Source of the DNA: Sulfurimonadaceae bacterium | GTDB lineage: Bacteria; Campylobacterota; Campylobacteria; Campylobacterales; Sulfurimonadaceae | Reading direction: 5' to 3' | Assembly: GCA_041562555.1 (NCBI GenBank) | Contig: JBFEXS010000012.1 | Coordinates: forward strand, 1 to 33,931 | Length of the DNA stretch: 33,931 nt | In this document: piece by piece, positions 11,411 through 20,770 of the stretch | Layout of the letters: each line of letters opens with the position of its first letter | How positions within the stretch are numbered: the stretch's first letter is position 1 | The notes under the pieces: generated by a model | Seen by the model: only the letters and a program-made list of their open reading frames with translations | Told to the model about the DNA's origin: nothing | Database searches by the model: none | Program-made: the position numbers and the translations under genes

Positions 11411-12103
11411 ATGTTTCATTGGTTAGAAGAACGCCCATTCTTTTTCGGCGTAGGTATATTCGTAGTTATCGCATTTGCTGGTTTGGTTATGATCATTCCA
11501 CACTTTATCCAGCAATCTCGTCCTCTTATCGGGACTAAGCCGTATACGACACTTGAACTTGCAGGTCGTCATGTGTACATCAAAGAGAGTTGTAATGCAT
11601 GTCACTCTCAACTTGTTCGTCCATTCAAGAGTGAGACAGACCGTTACGGTGCTTACTCTTTAAGTGGTGAGTATGCGTATGACCGTCCATTCCTATGGGG
11701 TTCAAAGCGTACTGGTCCGGATCTTATGCGTGTGGGTAACTACCGTACGACTGACTGGCACGAAAATCATATGATGGACCCTGAAGCGGTTGTTCCAGGT
11801 TCGATCATGCCAAGATATCCATGGACCTTCAAAAATGAAGCGGATGTAGATACTGCATGGGCAGAGGCTGTGACGGTAAACAAGGTATTTAACGTACCTT
11901 ATAACAAAGACATTCCAATGTTAGACGGTTCAACAACTCAGGTTCCTTTGGCCGCAACGGTAGAAGACGCTCGTGCTGAGGCATTGGCAGATGCTAAACT
12001 GGTTGCTGCTGAGATGAAAAATCAAGATGTTAAAGATATGGTTGCAGCAGGAAAGATTCCTGAGATCGTAGCATTAATAGCATATTTGAATTCACTGAAG
12101 TAA
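11411..12103 (+). CDS. ccoO: cbb3-type cytochrome c oxidase subunit II
   Basis: CNACHSQ, WGSKRTGPDL, PGSIMP. Confidence 0.97.
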   Translation: MFHWLEERPFFFGVGIFVVIAFAGLVMIIPHFIQQSRPLIGTKPYTTLELAGRHVYIKESCNACHSQLVRPFKSETDRYGAYSLSGEYAYDRPFLWGSKRTGPDLMRVGNYRTTDWHENHMMDPEAVVPGSIMPRYPWTFKNEADVDTAWAEAVTVNKVFNVPYNKDIPMLDGSTTQVPLAATVEDARAEALADAKLVAAEMKNQDVKDMVAAGKIPEIVALIAYLNSLK

Positions 12104-12113
12104 GAAGCGAAGT

Positions 12114-12344
12114 ATGACTCTAGGTGAATTTTCGCATTACGGTTATTTTGCACTCACTGTCTTCCTGACTGTGATGTTGTGGGGGTATATCTTCCACCTC
12201 TATCGCGCGCAAAAAAAAGGAACGAGAGATTATGAGAAATATGGCAGAATCGCTGTAGATGACGAGATTTCGGATGAGTTCGTTGAAAAAAAAGAAGAGG
12301 ACTCTGAAGAAGAGAACTCTAACGAGATAGGGAGAGATAAATGA
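12114..12344 (+). CDS. ccoQ: cbb3-type oxidase subunit CcoQ
   Basis: Single TM helix, RDYEKY motif, lies between ccoO and ccoP. Confidence 0.9.
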   Translation: MTLGEFSHYGYFALTVFLTVMLWGYIFHLYRAQKKGTRDYEKYGRIAVDDEISDEFVEKKEEDSEEENSNEIGRDK

Positions 12345-13411
12345 AAAGTTTATGGATTTTCGGTATCGTACTGATTATTGGTCTGGTAGCAGGTACTTAC
12401 GCTGTTGTTGGTGATATGATGGGTGATGATATTGTTAACTTGCTAGCTATGATCGGAGCTGCAGCGATCGTTATTATCGCTGTAGTCGTTGTAATGTCAT
12501 ATGTAAAACAGATGAAAGATGCGACTGCTACAGGTGAACTTGTAGATGAGAGCTGGGATGGTATTGGCGAATACAACAACCTTGCACCGTTTGGATGGGC
12601 GATCTCTATTATCGCTTTGATGATCTGGGGTATGTGGTACATGACACTAGGCTATCCACTGAATGAGTATTCACAGCTTGGTGAATATAATGAAGACTCG
12701 GCTAAGGCGAATGCTAAGCTCAAAGAGAAGTTTGATGCGATGACAGATACGCAAAAACTTAAAATGGGTGAGGGTGTCTTTGCGGTTCAATGTGCACCGT
12801 GTCATGGTCCTACTGGTAATGGTCAAGAAAACTATTCAACAGGTCAATTGACTGCTGAAGACCTTACAACACGTCACCTTAGCAAAACATACGTTGAAAA
12901 AGTGATCAATGAAGGTTCAAACCAACTTGGTTATGCAGGCGGTATGATCAACAAATATGCACTATTCAATGCAAATACAGGAGCTATGATCTCCGATGAA
13001 GAGATCAAAGTAGTCTCTGCATATGTAAGCAATGGATTCAAAGATGAAGCAGGTTCAACTGCGGGTAGAGACATCTTCGCCGGAACATGTTCATCATGTC
13101 ACGGTGCACCGCTTCCAGAGGGTGTAAAAGGGTATAAGAGCTATGGTGACAAACCGGAATCTGATACTACGGGTGTTGAAGGTTACTCATCAAACTGTGT
13201 TGGAGAGGATTGTATCGGTCAGGGTAACTCAGGTGTTGCTCCAAGTCTAAAAGGGTATAACAGTTGTCTGGTTAACAACCTGCTTAGAAACGGTATGAAA
13301 AAAGGTGAGATCGGTACAATGCCAGCATTCGGTGATATGTTAACGATCCCTCAAATCGAAGCCTTGTCTGCATATGTAGCACATGGTACAGATAAAGAAA
13401 TAGAAGAGTAG
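12341..13411 (+). CDS. ccoP: cbb3-type cytochrome c oxidase subunit III (diheme)
   Basis: WDGIGEYNN, two CXXCH motifs (CAPCH, CSSCH), GTMPAF. Confidence 0.95.
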   Translation: MKSLWIFGIVLIIGLVAGTYAVVGDMMGDDIVNLLAMIGAAAIVIIAVVVVMSYVKQMKDATATGELVDESWDGIGEYNNLAPFGWAISIIALMIWGMWYMTLGYPLNEYSQLGEYNEDSAKANAKLKEKFDAMTDTQKLKMGEGVFAVQCAPCHGPTGNGQENYSTGQLTAEDLTTRHLSKTYVEKVINEGSNQLGYAGGMINKYALFNANTGAMISDEEIKVVSAYVSNGFKDEAGSTAGRDIFAGTCSSCHGAPLPEGVKGYKSYGDKPESDTTGVEGYSSNCVGEDCIGQGNSGVAPSLKGYNSCLVNNLLRNGMKKGEIGTMPAFGDMLTIPQIEALSAYVAHGTDKEIEE

Positions 13412-13420
13412 GAGTAAGAT

Positions 13421-13654
13421 ATGGAAAAAAGAAGTATTTTTGCACTACACGGGATCACTGGTATGCTGATCGCAACAGTATTGTTATTGGCTGTAGAGGG
13501 CACACTTGTGTTCTTGGCAGTCGGTGTTCAACAGGATGTCGCAACGGATTATTATTATATTGAGGATGCAAAAAGCATCAAGATGCTTTCTGCTGATAAC
13601 GCTGCTCATGTTGTACTACATAAAGACAAGCCGTTTACTGGGAAGGACAAATAA
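13421..13654 (+). CDS. DUF4006-family single-TM cbb3 accessory protein
   Basis: RSIFALHGITGMLIATVLLL; usual position after ccoP in Campylobacterota. Confidence 0.8.
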   Translation: MEKRSIFALHGITGMLIATVLLLAVEGTLVFLAVGVQQDVATDYYYIEDAKSIKMLSADNAAHVVLHKDKPFTGKDK

Positions 13655-13749
13655 TGAGATTAGATGTAATTGTTGGAGTTGGCCTGTTCGCTATGGCGAT
13701 GTTTACGATTTACGCAGTAGTGGTAGCTGACCACCTGTACGTAGGTTAA
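13654..13749 (+). CDS. 31-aa single-TM small protein of the cco operon (MRLDVIVGVGLFAMAMFTIYAVVVADHLYVG)
   Basis: TAATG stop/start overlap, AAGGA RBS, one hydrophobic helix; fills the gap up to the next gene's RBS; absent from the ORF track. Confidence 0.85.
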   Translation: MRLDVIVGVGLFAMAMFTIYAVVVADHLYVG

Positions 13750-13758
13750 GGACTTTCT

Positions 13759-14394
13759 TTGAAGATCTTAAGAGGGCTGAGTGCCCTCATTGCAATTCTT
13801 TCTTTTATACAACCTCTGCAAGCAAAATTTATTGTTATTGATGAAGTTGTGAAAAAGAGGGCATTCAATGAGCAGATCGAGCCTATGGGAGAGGAACTAT
13901 CAAGCAAGACGGGTATCAATGTCTATATGAGTTTGATCAAGGAGCTTGATGGGAATCAAACGATCATCGATCATCAGAAGGCCCTGATCAAAACCTTGAA
14001 AGAACCGGCAGTTTTGTTTTCCTTTGTCGAAAACAACAAGCAGGTGCAGATCTATGCAGAGGACAAGTCTCTGTACACGACCTTTGATAGAAAACAGATC
14101 ATGGACCCTTTGGCGATATGGCCGTTTTTTAATGGTCGGGTGATACCGGTCATAGCAGCAAAGGCACCGCCTGAAGTTGATGAAAAAGATAAGTATGCCG
14201 TGGCCATGTTCAATGGATATGCAGAGATCGTAGAACAGATTGCAGAACATAAAGGGATCACCCTTGAAACTGCTATTGGAGATACCAACAAGAACTTTTA
14301 CAAGGTCTTGATCACGCTTTTGTTCTCAATCTCATTGATCACCGTGATCAAACTTGTCTATGATAGAGTAAAACGAAGGAGAGAAGATGGATAA
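13759..14394 (+). CDS. TPM-domain-like periplasmic membrane-anchored cbb3 accessory protein
   Basis: Signal peptide, EELSSKTGINVY, MFNGYAEIVEQIA, C-terminal TM helix. Confidence 0.75.
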   Translation: MKILRGLSALIAILSFIQPLQAKFIVIDEVVKKRAFNEQIEPMGEELSSKTGINVYMSLIKELDGNQTIIDHQKALIKTLKEPAVLFSFVENNKQVQIYAEDKSLYTTFDRKQIMDPLAIWPFFNGRVIPVIAAKAPPEVDEKDKYAVAMFNGYAEIVEQIAEHKGITLETAIGDTNKNFYKVLITLLFSISLITVIKLVYDRVKRRREDG

Positions 14395-14938
14395 TGGTAA
14401 ACAGTGGCCGATAGGGATAATCGCTTCAATTATCTTTATCGTTATTGCCTGTGCAGTGACAGTGTATGTCGCTTTGTTGCAACCTGTACAGCAAAATGAA
14501 GATATGATGCTTGATTATCAGACCATGGATGCGAATGTCAATGACCTTGTGGTAGCATCGATTGTTTTTAACAAGAAGTACTCCCTCTCTTATGTTGGTA
14601 ATGGCGTGTCGGAGAGTGGAAGTACGATCGCGTATAAACTGACTGACAAAGAGGGAAATCCTATCAACGATGCCAAGTTCAAAGTGATCCTTTCACGACC
14701 GGTGGTGAACGATGCCAAGATGGACTTGGATAAGCCACAGGTCAAAGATGGTGTCTACAGTTTTGAGAATATAAAAGTGACGAAAAAGGGACGCTGGAAT
14801 ATCCTGGCCAAGGTCAGTGTCGGAGATGATTTCCGTCATATGAACCTCAAGTCAGATACGATGGATAAGTCAGTATATGAGTTTGGTTTAGACAAACCGA
14901 TGCGTAATTATGCCGCCAATGGAGGAAGAACACTCTGA
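14387..14938 (+). CDS. ccoH: FixH/CcoH family protein
   Basis: WP.GI N-terminal TM helix, Ig-like domain with LSRP...GVY...GRWNI; last gene of the cco cluster. Confidence 0.8.
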   Translation: MDNGKQWPIGIIASIIFIVIACAVTVYVALLQPVQQNEDMMLDYQTMDANVNDLVVASIVFNKKYSLSYVGNGVSESGSTIAYKLTDKEGNPINDAKFKVILSRPVVNDAKMDLDKPQVKDGVYSFENIKVTKKGRWNILAKVSVGDDFRHMNLKSDTMDKSVYEFGLDKPMRNYAANGGRTL

Positions 14939-14968
14939 TTCTTCCCAATTCTTTCCTTCTTTTTTCCC
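14924..14968 (+). terminator. Probable terminator of the cco operon
   Basis: GGAAGAA...TTCTTCC stem spanning the stop codon, followed by a long pyrimidine/T tract. Confidence 0.45.
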
Positions 14969-15067
14969 CTGTATAAATTATTTTCTATTATTTCTTATTC
15001 GTTTACCAAGGCAACCTATAATTTTTTCTAAATTCTGAGAATTAAAAAATATTATACAGGGGAACAC

Positions 15068-15553
15068 ATGTATATAGGAACTAAAAGAAGTCCAGAGAAG
15101 ATCATCGGATTATGGATGATGAGTTTTGGTTTGTACGGTATCTATTGGCTGTCAACGACGTTTTCTGAATTACAGAAAAATAGGAAAAAAGGCATTTCCG
15201 GTCGTTCATATGCGGCATTGGCTGTACTTTTTCCGCCATTGGCAGTGAGTGCGTGCTGGTTATTGCCGGCATATGTAGGTAAGTTATATTCGGAAAACGG
15301 AAAGCTTGAGCAGATCAGTTCATGCTGGGGTGCCATGCTTTTCCTACCAACAATAGCATTATGGGCGATTGTTGGTATGGTGTATCTAATCATTTCTGCA
15401 GGCGGCGGTATGAGTGAGTTTGGTATGTATACGATGGCCGGTGCTGTATTTGTCGGCATTGGCATTAATGCCTTTCTATTGTATAATTGGCTCAAAAAGA
15501 TACAATTACAGATCAATGAATTTTGGGACGAAGCAAAACAGGCAAACAGCTAG
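15068..15553 (+). CDS. DUF4234-like membrane protein
   Basis: KRS...SFGLYGIYW...ELQ N-terminus and IQ.QINEFW C-terminus; about 4 TM helices. Confidence 0.7.
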   Translation: MYIGTKRSPEKIIGLWMMSFGLYGIYWLSTTFSELQKNRKKGISGRSYAALAVLFPPLAVSACWLLPAYVGKLYSENGKLEQISSCWGAMLFLPTIALWAIVGMVYLIISAGGGMSEFGMYTMAGAVFVGIGINAFLLYNWLKKIQLQINEFWDEAKQANS

Positions 15554-15584
15554 TTCTTTGTCCTTGGTCTCAAGGGCACATTAA

Positions 15585-17915
15585 ATGACAATTCTTCCAA
15601 GCTCACGTGCTATACGTGCAGCTATCCTCAAAGAAAAACAGAACAATACTTTTCTTCCTTCCTATATTACGATGTCTGAGTTTTTGCAACGTGCCTTGGT
15701 CGTAGATGGGTATGCACGTATAGATGATGATACGCGTACACTATTATTGTTGGAAGCCTCGGATTTTGATGCATTTTCAACCTTGAACATCGAACGAAAC
15801 TTTTTTACGTTCACACAAAACTCCTCCTACATTTTTCGCTTTTTTGAGGAGCTCAGCGGTGAGTTGGTGGATATTCATGCCTTGAGTATGGCGGATACGT
15901 ATGGGGATTATGAGGAACATATAGAGATCTTGCAGGAACCGTATCATCGATATGAACTTCTCTGCCAGCAGAAGAGAGTCTTGGACCCGATTTTCTTGCC
16001 CAAAAACTATACGCTTAATCATGCCTATATTGCTTCGCAAGAAGATGTTTTACTGGTAGTTGAAGGATATCTGACAAACTTTGAACTTCAGATATTGCAA
16101 GAGTGTGCTGCATTGACAACTTTGCGCTTGCGATTTTATGCGAACAGTTTCAATATCAAGATGCAAGAAAAACTGAGAGATCTCGGCTTGGAAGTAATTG
16201 TTGATAAGAACCAGATCATTAATCTGAGCACAAAGTCTATAGAAGGGTCTTCATCAGTCACATCGCAGGCGACAGTCTCATGTGAAAGTTTTTCACAACG
16301 TATTTTGCAAGTCGCCTTTGTCAAGCTGAAGGTACAGGAGTTTATTGACAAGGGGATCCCCGCTGAAAAGATCGTTGTGGTTCTTCCGAATGAAAGTTTC
16401 GCAGAACATCTAAGGCGGTTTGATGAGAAATGTAATTTTAATTTTGCGATGGGAGAAGGACTCGCATCCTCTGTCTTTGTACAATCCTTGGAAGCGGTGA
16501 TACAATATCTGGACAATAAAAGCGTCCAAAACAGAAGTCGCATAAACCGTGTGGGAGTCGACCTTCTCAAAGGCATCCAGTCGAGATATAAGGCAGACCT
16601 TGATAGTCTGGAGTTTGGGCAAATATTCCAGCCATTTCTTGAGAAAGAGAGTAGCAAGGCTGTACTTAAGATCATTCAGGAAGAGCTTTTTTATTTTGAA
16701 AAACTTTTGCCGACACTCACAGGAAGCACCTTGAAGTCAGCCTTGCATCTATTTATGAACCGTTTGAAAAAACGCAGTATCGATGATGTACGCGGTGGGA
16801 AGATAACGGTAATGGGAGTCCTTGAGACCCGCTCTGTGGCATATGAAGGGGTCATCGTAGTCGATTTCAATGAGGGGAGTGTACCGCGAAAGAGTGAAAA
16901 AGACCTGTTTCTAAACTCCGCCACGCGAATAAGAGCCGGCCTGCCGGGAGCGCACGATAGGGAATCTCTTCAAAAACTTTATTACAACAATCTTTTTTTA
17001 AGAGCCAAAGAAGTGGCGATTTCGTATGTGAGTTCAGTCGATGCTGTTCCGTCACGTTTTTTGACCCAGCTCGGGATAGAGACGCACAACAGCTTTGATG
17101 AATCCCAGTGGGCAGAATTGTTATTCAAGACAGAGAATAAAACGCTGTACGAAGAGGATGAGATAGAAATCGATTATGATTTCACAGCCCACAACCTGTC
17201 GGCAACAGGACTGAAGCATTTTCTGTCGTGTAAGCGGCGTTTTTATTATCGTTATATCGAGCATCTGGATGAACACCAGATCGAGCGGGACCTTCCTCAA
17301 GAACATGAGATAGGTAATGCCCTGCATAAGGCATTGCAGGAGGTATATGAAAAACAGAGCCGATTTACGGATAAGAGATCGCTTCAAGATGCGATAGCGC
17401 TTGCCTTACGATCAAGTTCGGCAGATACGGTACTGGACCGATATTTACAAAAGATGTGGCTGAAACGTTTAGAGAACTTTGTAGATAATGAGATCGAACG
17501 TTTTCAAGAAGCTGAAGTACTCTTATGTGAGCATTCTCTATCTAAAGAGGTGGAAGGGATACGTCTGGTAGGTAATATAGACCGCATCGATAGAACACCG
17601 GATGGTATCGAAGTACTTGATTACAAGTCGGGAGCCTATCCGGTGTATACATCCAGGACGGTAGAGAAAGCTAAAGACTTTCAGCTTGAGTTCTATTATC
17701 TACTTGCTCAAGAAGAGGGAACGGTTCAAAGATGCGGTTATTATGACCTGAAAACAGGGAAAATCATCTATGAGGAGCTGCTTGAAGCCAAATTGGCCCT
17801 TTTGAAGGAACATCTTGGTGTCTTAGCCGCTTCAAAACGTATCAACTTTGAGAAGACGGATGAACTCAAAGAGTGCCTTTACTGTCCCTATATCGAATTG
17901 TGTGGGAGAAGCTGA
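15585..17915 (+). CDS. addB: AddB-like PD-(D/E)XK nuclease subunit with Fe-S staple cysteines
   Basis: VMGVLETR, LSAT...SCKRRFYY, GNIDRID...VLDYKSG, Q..FY, C-terminal CLYCPYIELC. Confidence 0.9.
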   Translation: MTILPSSRAIRAAILKEKQNNTFLPSYITMSEFLQRALVVDGYARIDDDTRTLLLLEASDFDAFSTLNIERNFFTFTQNSSYIFRFFEELSGELVDIHALSMADTYGDYEEHIEILQEPYHRYELLCQQKRVLDPIFLPKNYTLNHAYIASQEDVLLVVEGYLTNFELQILQECAALTTLRLRFYANSFNIKMQEKLRDLGLEVIVDKNQIINLSTKSIEGSSSVTSQATVSCESFSQRILQVAFVKLKVQEFIDKGIPAEKIVVVLPNESFAEHLRRFDEKCNFNFAMGEGLASSVFVQSLEAVIQYLDNKSVQNRSRINRVGVDLLKGIQSRYKADLDSLEFGQIFQPFLEKESSKAVLKIIQEELFYFEKLLPTLTGSTLKSALHLFMNRLKKRSIDDVRGGKITVMGVLETRSVAYEGVIVVDFNEGSVPRKSEKDLFLNSATRIRAGLPGAHDRESLQKLYYNNLFLRAKEVAISYVSSVDAVPSRFLTQLGIETHNSFDESQWAELLFKTENKTLYEEDEIEIDYDFTAHNLSATGLKHFLSCKRRFYYRYIEHLDEHQIERDLPQEHEIGNALHKALQEVYEKQSRFTDKRSLQDAIALALRSSSADTVLDRYLQKMWLKRLENFVDNEIERFQEAEVLLCEHSLSKEVEGIRLVGNIDRIDRTPDGIEVLDYKSGAYPVYTSRTVEKAKDFQLEFYYLLAQEEGTVQRCGYYDLKTGKIIYEELLEAKLALLKEHLGVLAASKRINFEKTDELKECLYCPYIELCGRS

Positions 17916-20635
17916 TGTTTGTTGATTTACACGCTTATGAGGCTTCTGCCGGTTCGGGCAAGACCTTTTCCCTTGTAGTACGTTATCTGTCCCTTTTGTT
18001 CTCAGGTGAAAAAGCGGATAGGATTCTGGCTCTGACCTTTACCAACAAGGCGGCTAATGAGATGCAAGAGCGTATTGTCAATACGTTGATCGATCTGGAA
18101 AACAAGGGTGAACTAGGGGAGATCGCCAAGGTTCTGGAGTGCTCTCCCCAAGAGCTTTTAGCCAAACGGCCCGAGGTATTAAAAGCGCTGCTCAATGCAG
18201 ATACAAAAGTGATGACCCTGGATAAGTTCTTTGCCAAGATCTTACGGAAGTTCTCACTGCATGTGGGCTTGATGCCCGGCTTTTCTACCTACGAATCGCA
18301 GCATGAACTAAAGGTGATGGCTATGTTCTTGAAACTGGTCAACGCACAAGGAAAGGACGATGCCCTTGTCAAGCTCTCCTTACTTGCTTCCAAACGTCTG
18401 GCGGACATTTTCTCCCTGCTCGATGAGTTGTATGCCAAAAAAAATGAGATGGGAAATATCCGTTTTAGTACCGAGGCTTTTGTCCCTTATGAACAGCAGG
18501 TCATGCAAAGTTTTAAAGAACTGCAGCAGTTGGTCTTTGCGACAGAGATAGGCAAACGGGGCCGTACAGCGATGGAAGTCGAAGATATCGACGCGTTGAT
18601 GGGTAAAAGCTGGATAGAGAAAGAGAGTCTGGAGTATTGGGATTTCAAGAAATTTTTCCAGCCACGAATGGATGAGCTTTTAGAAGAGATCAAAGTCGGT
18701 CTGTATCATTATATGAAAGCAAAGGAGTCCCATTTCCTCTCGGAGCTTTTTTCACTTTTGGACACCTATGTCGAAGCGAAGATGCGTGTCGCCAAAGAGG
18801 ATGAAGAGCTTTCCTTTGATGATATTACCTATCTTGTCTTTTATCTTCTCAAAGAAGAGAGTAATCAAGGTCGGATCAACAGTGACTTTTTATATTTCAG
18901 ATTGGATGCGACGATCAGTCATATGCTTTTGGACGAGTTCCAAGACACCTCCACCATTCAGTTCGAGATCTTACGGCCGCTTATCGATGAGATGACGTCG
19001 GGAGAAGGATCAAAGGAGCGTTCATCGCTGTTTCTGGTGGGTGATGTGAAACAGTCCATCTATCGTTTTCGAGGGGGTAAAAAGGAGCTGTTTTATGCAG
19101 TGACTGACCATTATGGTGTACAGGTCGACCAATTGCGCACGAATTACCGTAGCGAAAAAGAGGTTGTCGAGTTTGTCAATAAGGTCTTTATCGATAAGAT
19201 CAAAGGTTATGTGCCCCAGGAAGTCAAAGAGGGCGCTACAAGAGGGTATGTCGAGGTGATCTTCAATGATGAGATCCTCGAGACGATGGTAAAGACACTC
19301 AAATCCTTGATAGAGGAGGGTGCCGACCTCAATGAGATCGCTATATTGACAGCAACCAATGCGGATGGTTCCAAAGTGGAAGAGTTGTTGAAATCCGAGG
19401 GCATCGATGCGGTGACGGAAACCACTTCCAAGTTGATCAATCAAAAAAATATCAAAGCGTTGATCGAATATCTCAAATACAGTTACTTCCATCAGGAGAT
19501 CTATGCCCGTAACTTCTTTGCCTTGATCAATCAAAAACCTGCCAGACTTTATGGTTGTGATGTCCACTCCCCTGATCTTGCCAATGAACTCAAGAAGCTG
19601 ATTCAAAAGTATAAACTTTATGACGGGGATATGAACATCTTCAGTTTTATTGAAAAGCTCTCTTCGTACAGAGATATTGAAGCTTTTCTATTCGAGTATG
19701 ACCGGCTTGACGCTTCCGCTGCACAAAAAGAGCTCAATGGGGTGAGGGTATTGACGGTACACAAGTCAAAAGGGCTTGAATATGAGCATGTAATCGTCCT
19801 TGATCGTCTGGGGAAAAAATCTGCTGACAAAAGTCCGATCATCTATGAGTATGAGGGAATTCATCTGCAGAACATCTATCTGCGCATGAGTAAACGTGCG
19901 AGTCTGGACGATGCGTATGCACGCGCTATTGAAAAAGAGAGGCAACTCTCGAAAGAGGATGAACTGAATGCACTGTATGTCGCCTTTACACGGGCCAAGG
20001 AGAGTCTGTTTATCATTCACAAGTCTAAAGACTCTAAATTTGAAGACCTTGGCTTGTCCGAAGAGAGCTATGGAAGTCTGATACTCGAACAAAAGCCAAA
20101 AGTCTCACTGCCCCTCAAGCCCAAGATCGTCTTCAGGGATTTTTATTACGGGACACAGGCAGATCTGCTCTCTGCAGCAAAAGCCGAAGAGGAAAACCAT
20201 AAGGCAATAGAGTTTGGATTGGCCTTGCACTATACTTTGGAGATGATGGCAGGGTTCGATGATGAAAGTATCACATCAGCGATGAACATCATGGGTAATC
20301 GATACGGCTCCCTGTTAAGCGATGAAGAGATGAGCTCCATTCAAAAACGTATAGAGCATTTTGTACATGACGAGGTTGTAGCGGAGCTTGTCAAGGGGAA
20401 AATATATAAAGAAAAAGCGATCTCCTATAATGAGGAGTTGCGTTACATAGACCTGCTGATCGAAAAAGAGACAGAGTGGGTGGTAATCGATTATAAATCT
20501 GCGATGAGTCATACCCAGTCACATCTGAAGCAGGTCAATTTTTATAAAAAGGCGATCCGCGAGATCACTGCACAACAGGTCAGGGGATATATCGTATATC
20601 TGTTGGAAGATGGTGTAAAGCTTGTTGAGGTCTAA
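17915..20635 (+). CDS. addA: AddA/RecB-like helicase-nuclease
   Basis: ASAGSGKT, LTFTNKAA, LDEFQDT, VGDVKQSIYRFRGG, TVHKSKGLE, YVAFTRA, IDLL...IDYKS. Start placed at the TGATG overlap (17915). Confidence 0.95.
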   Translation: MFVDLHAYEASAGSGKTFSLVVRYLSLLFSGEKADRILALTFTNKAANEMQERIVNTLIDLENKGELGEIAKVLECSPQELLAKRPEVLKALLNADTKVMTLDKFFAKILRKFSLHVGLMPGFSTYESQHELKVMAMFLKLVNAQGKDDALVKLSLLASKRLADIFSLLDELYAKKNEMGNIRFSTEAFVPYEQQVMQSFKELQQLVFATEIGKRGRTAMEVEDIDALMGKSWIEKESLEYWDFKKFFQPRMDELLEEIKVGLYHYMKAKESHFLSELFSLLDTYVEAKMRVAKEDEELSFDDITYLVFYLLKEESNQGRINSDFLYFRLDATISHMLLDEFQDTSTIQFEILRPLIDEMTSGEGSKERSSLFLVGDVKQSIYRFRGGKKELFYAVTDHYGVQVDQLRTNYRSEKEVVEFVNKVFIDKIKGYVPQEVKEGATRGYVEVIFNDEILETMVKTLKSLIEEGADLNEIAILTATNADGSKVEELLKSEGIDAVTETTSKLINQKNIKALIEYLKYSYFHQEIYARNFFALINQKPARLYGCDVHSPDLANELKKLIQKYKLYDGDMNIFSFIEKLSSYRDIEAFLFEYDRLDASAAQKELNGVRVLTVHKSKGLEYEHVIVLDRLGKKSADKSPIIYEYEGIHLQNIYLRMSKRASLDDAYARAIEKERQLSKEDELNALYVAFTRAKESLFIIHKSKDSKFEDLGLSEESYGSLILEQKPKVSLPLKPKIVFRDFYYGTQADLLSAAKAEEENHKAIEFGLALHYTLEMMAGFDDESITSAMNIMGNRYGSLLSDEEMSSIQKRIEHFVHDEVVAELVKGKIYKEKAISYNEELRYIDLLIEKETEWVVIDYKSAMSHTQSHLKQVNFYKKAIREITAQQVRGYIVYLLEDGVKLVEV

Positions 20636-20770
20636 GGATGATGCCTTGATAATAAAGGTAAAAGTATTGTTTGCTATGCATACATGTACTCTCAAACAGA
20701 TGTTTAATGGGTTGAAAGTTCTGCAGTGGCAGGGTCGCGAAGCAGAGGTTAGTTCCCCATCGCGTCGGCA

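Noticed and set aside
17873..17914. Upstream start of addA given in the ORF track
   Set aside because: It overlaps the addB Cys-rich end; the TGATG-coupled ATG at 17915 with a GGGAG RBS fits better
15585..20635. Nuclease plus helicase pair as a defence system (Cas4-like cysteines)
   Set aside because: Motifs and position match the housekeeping AddAB recombination complex of Campylobacterota; no cas1/cas2 or array
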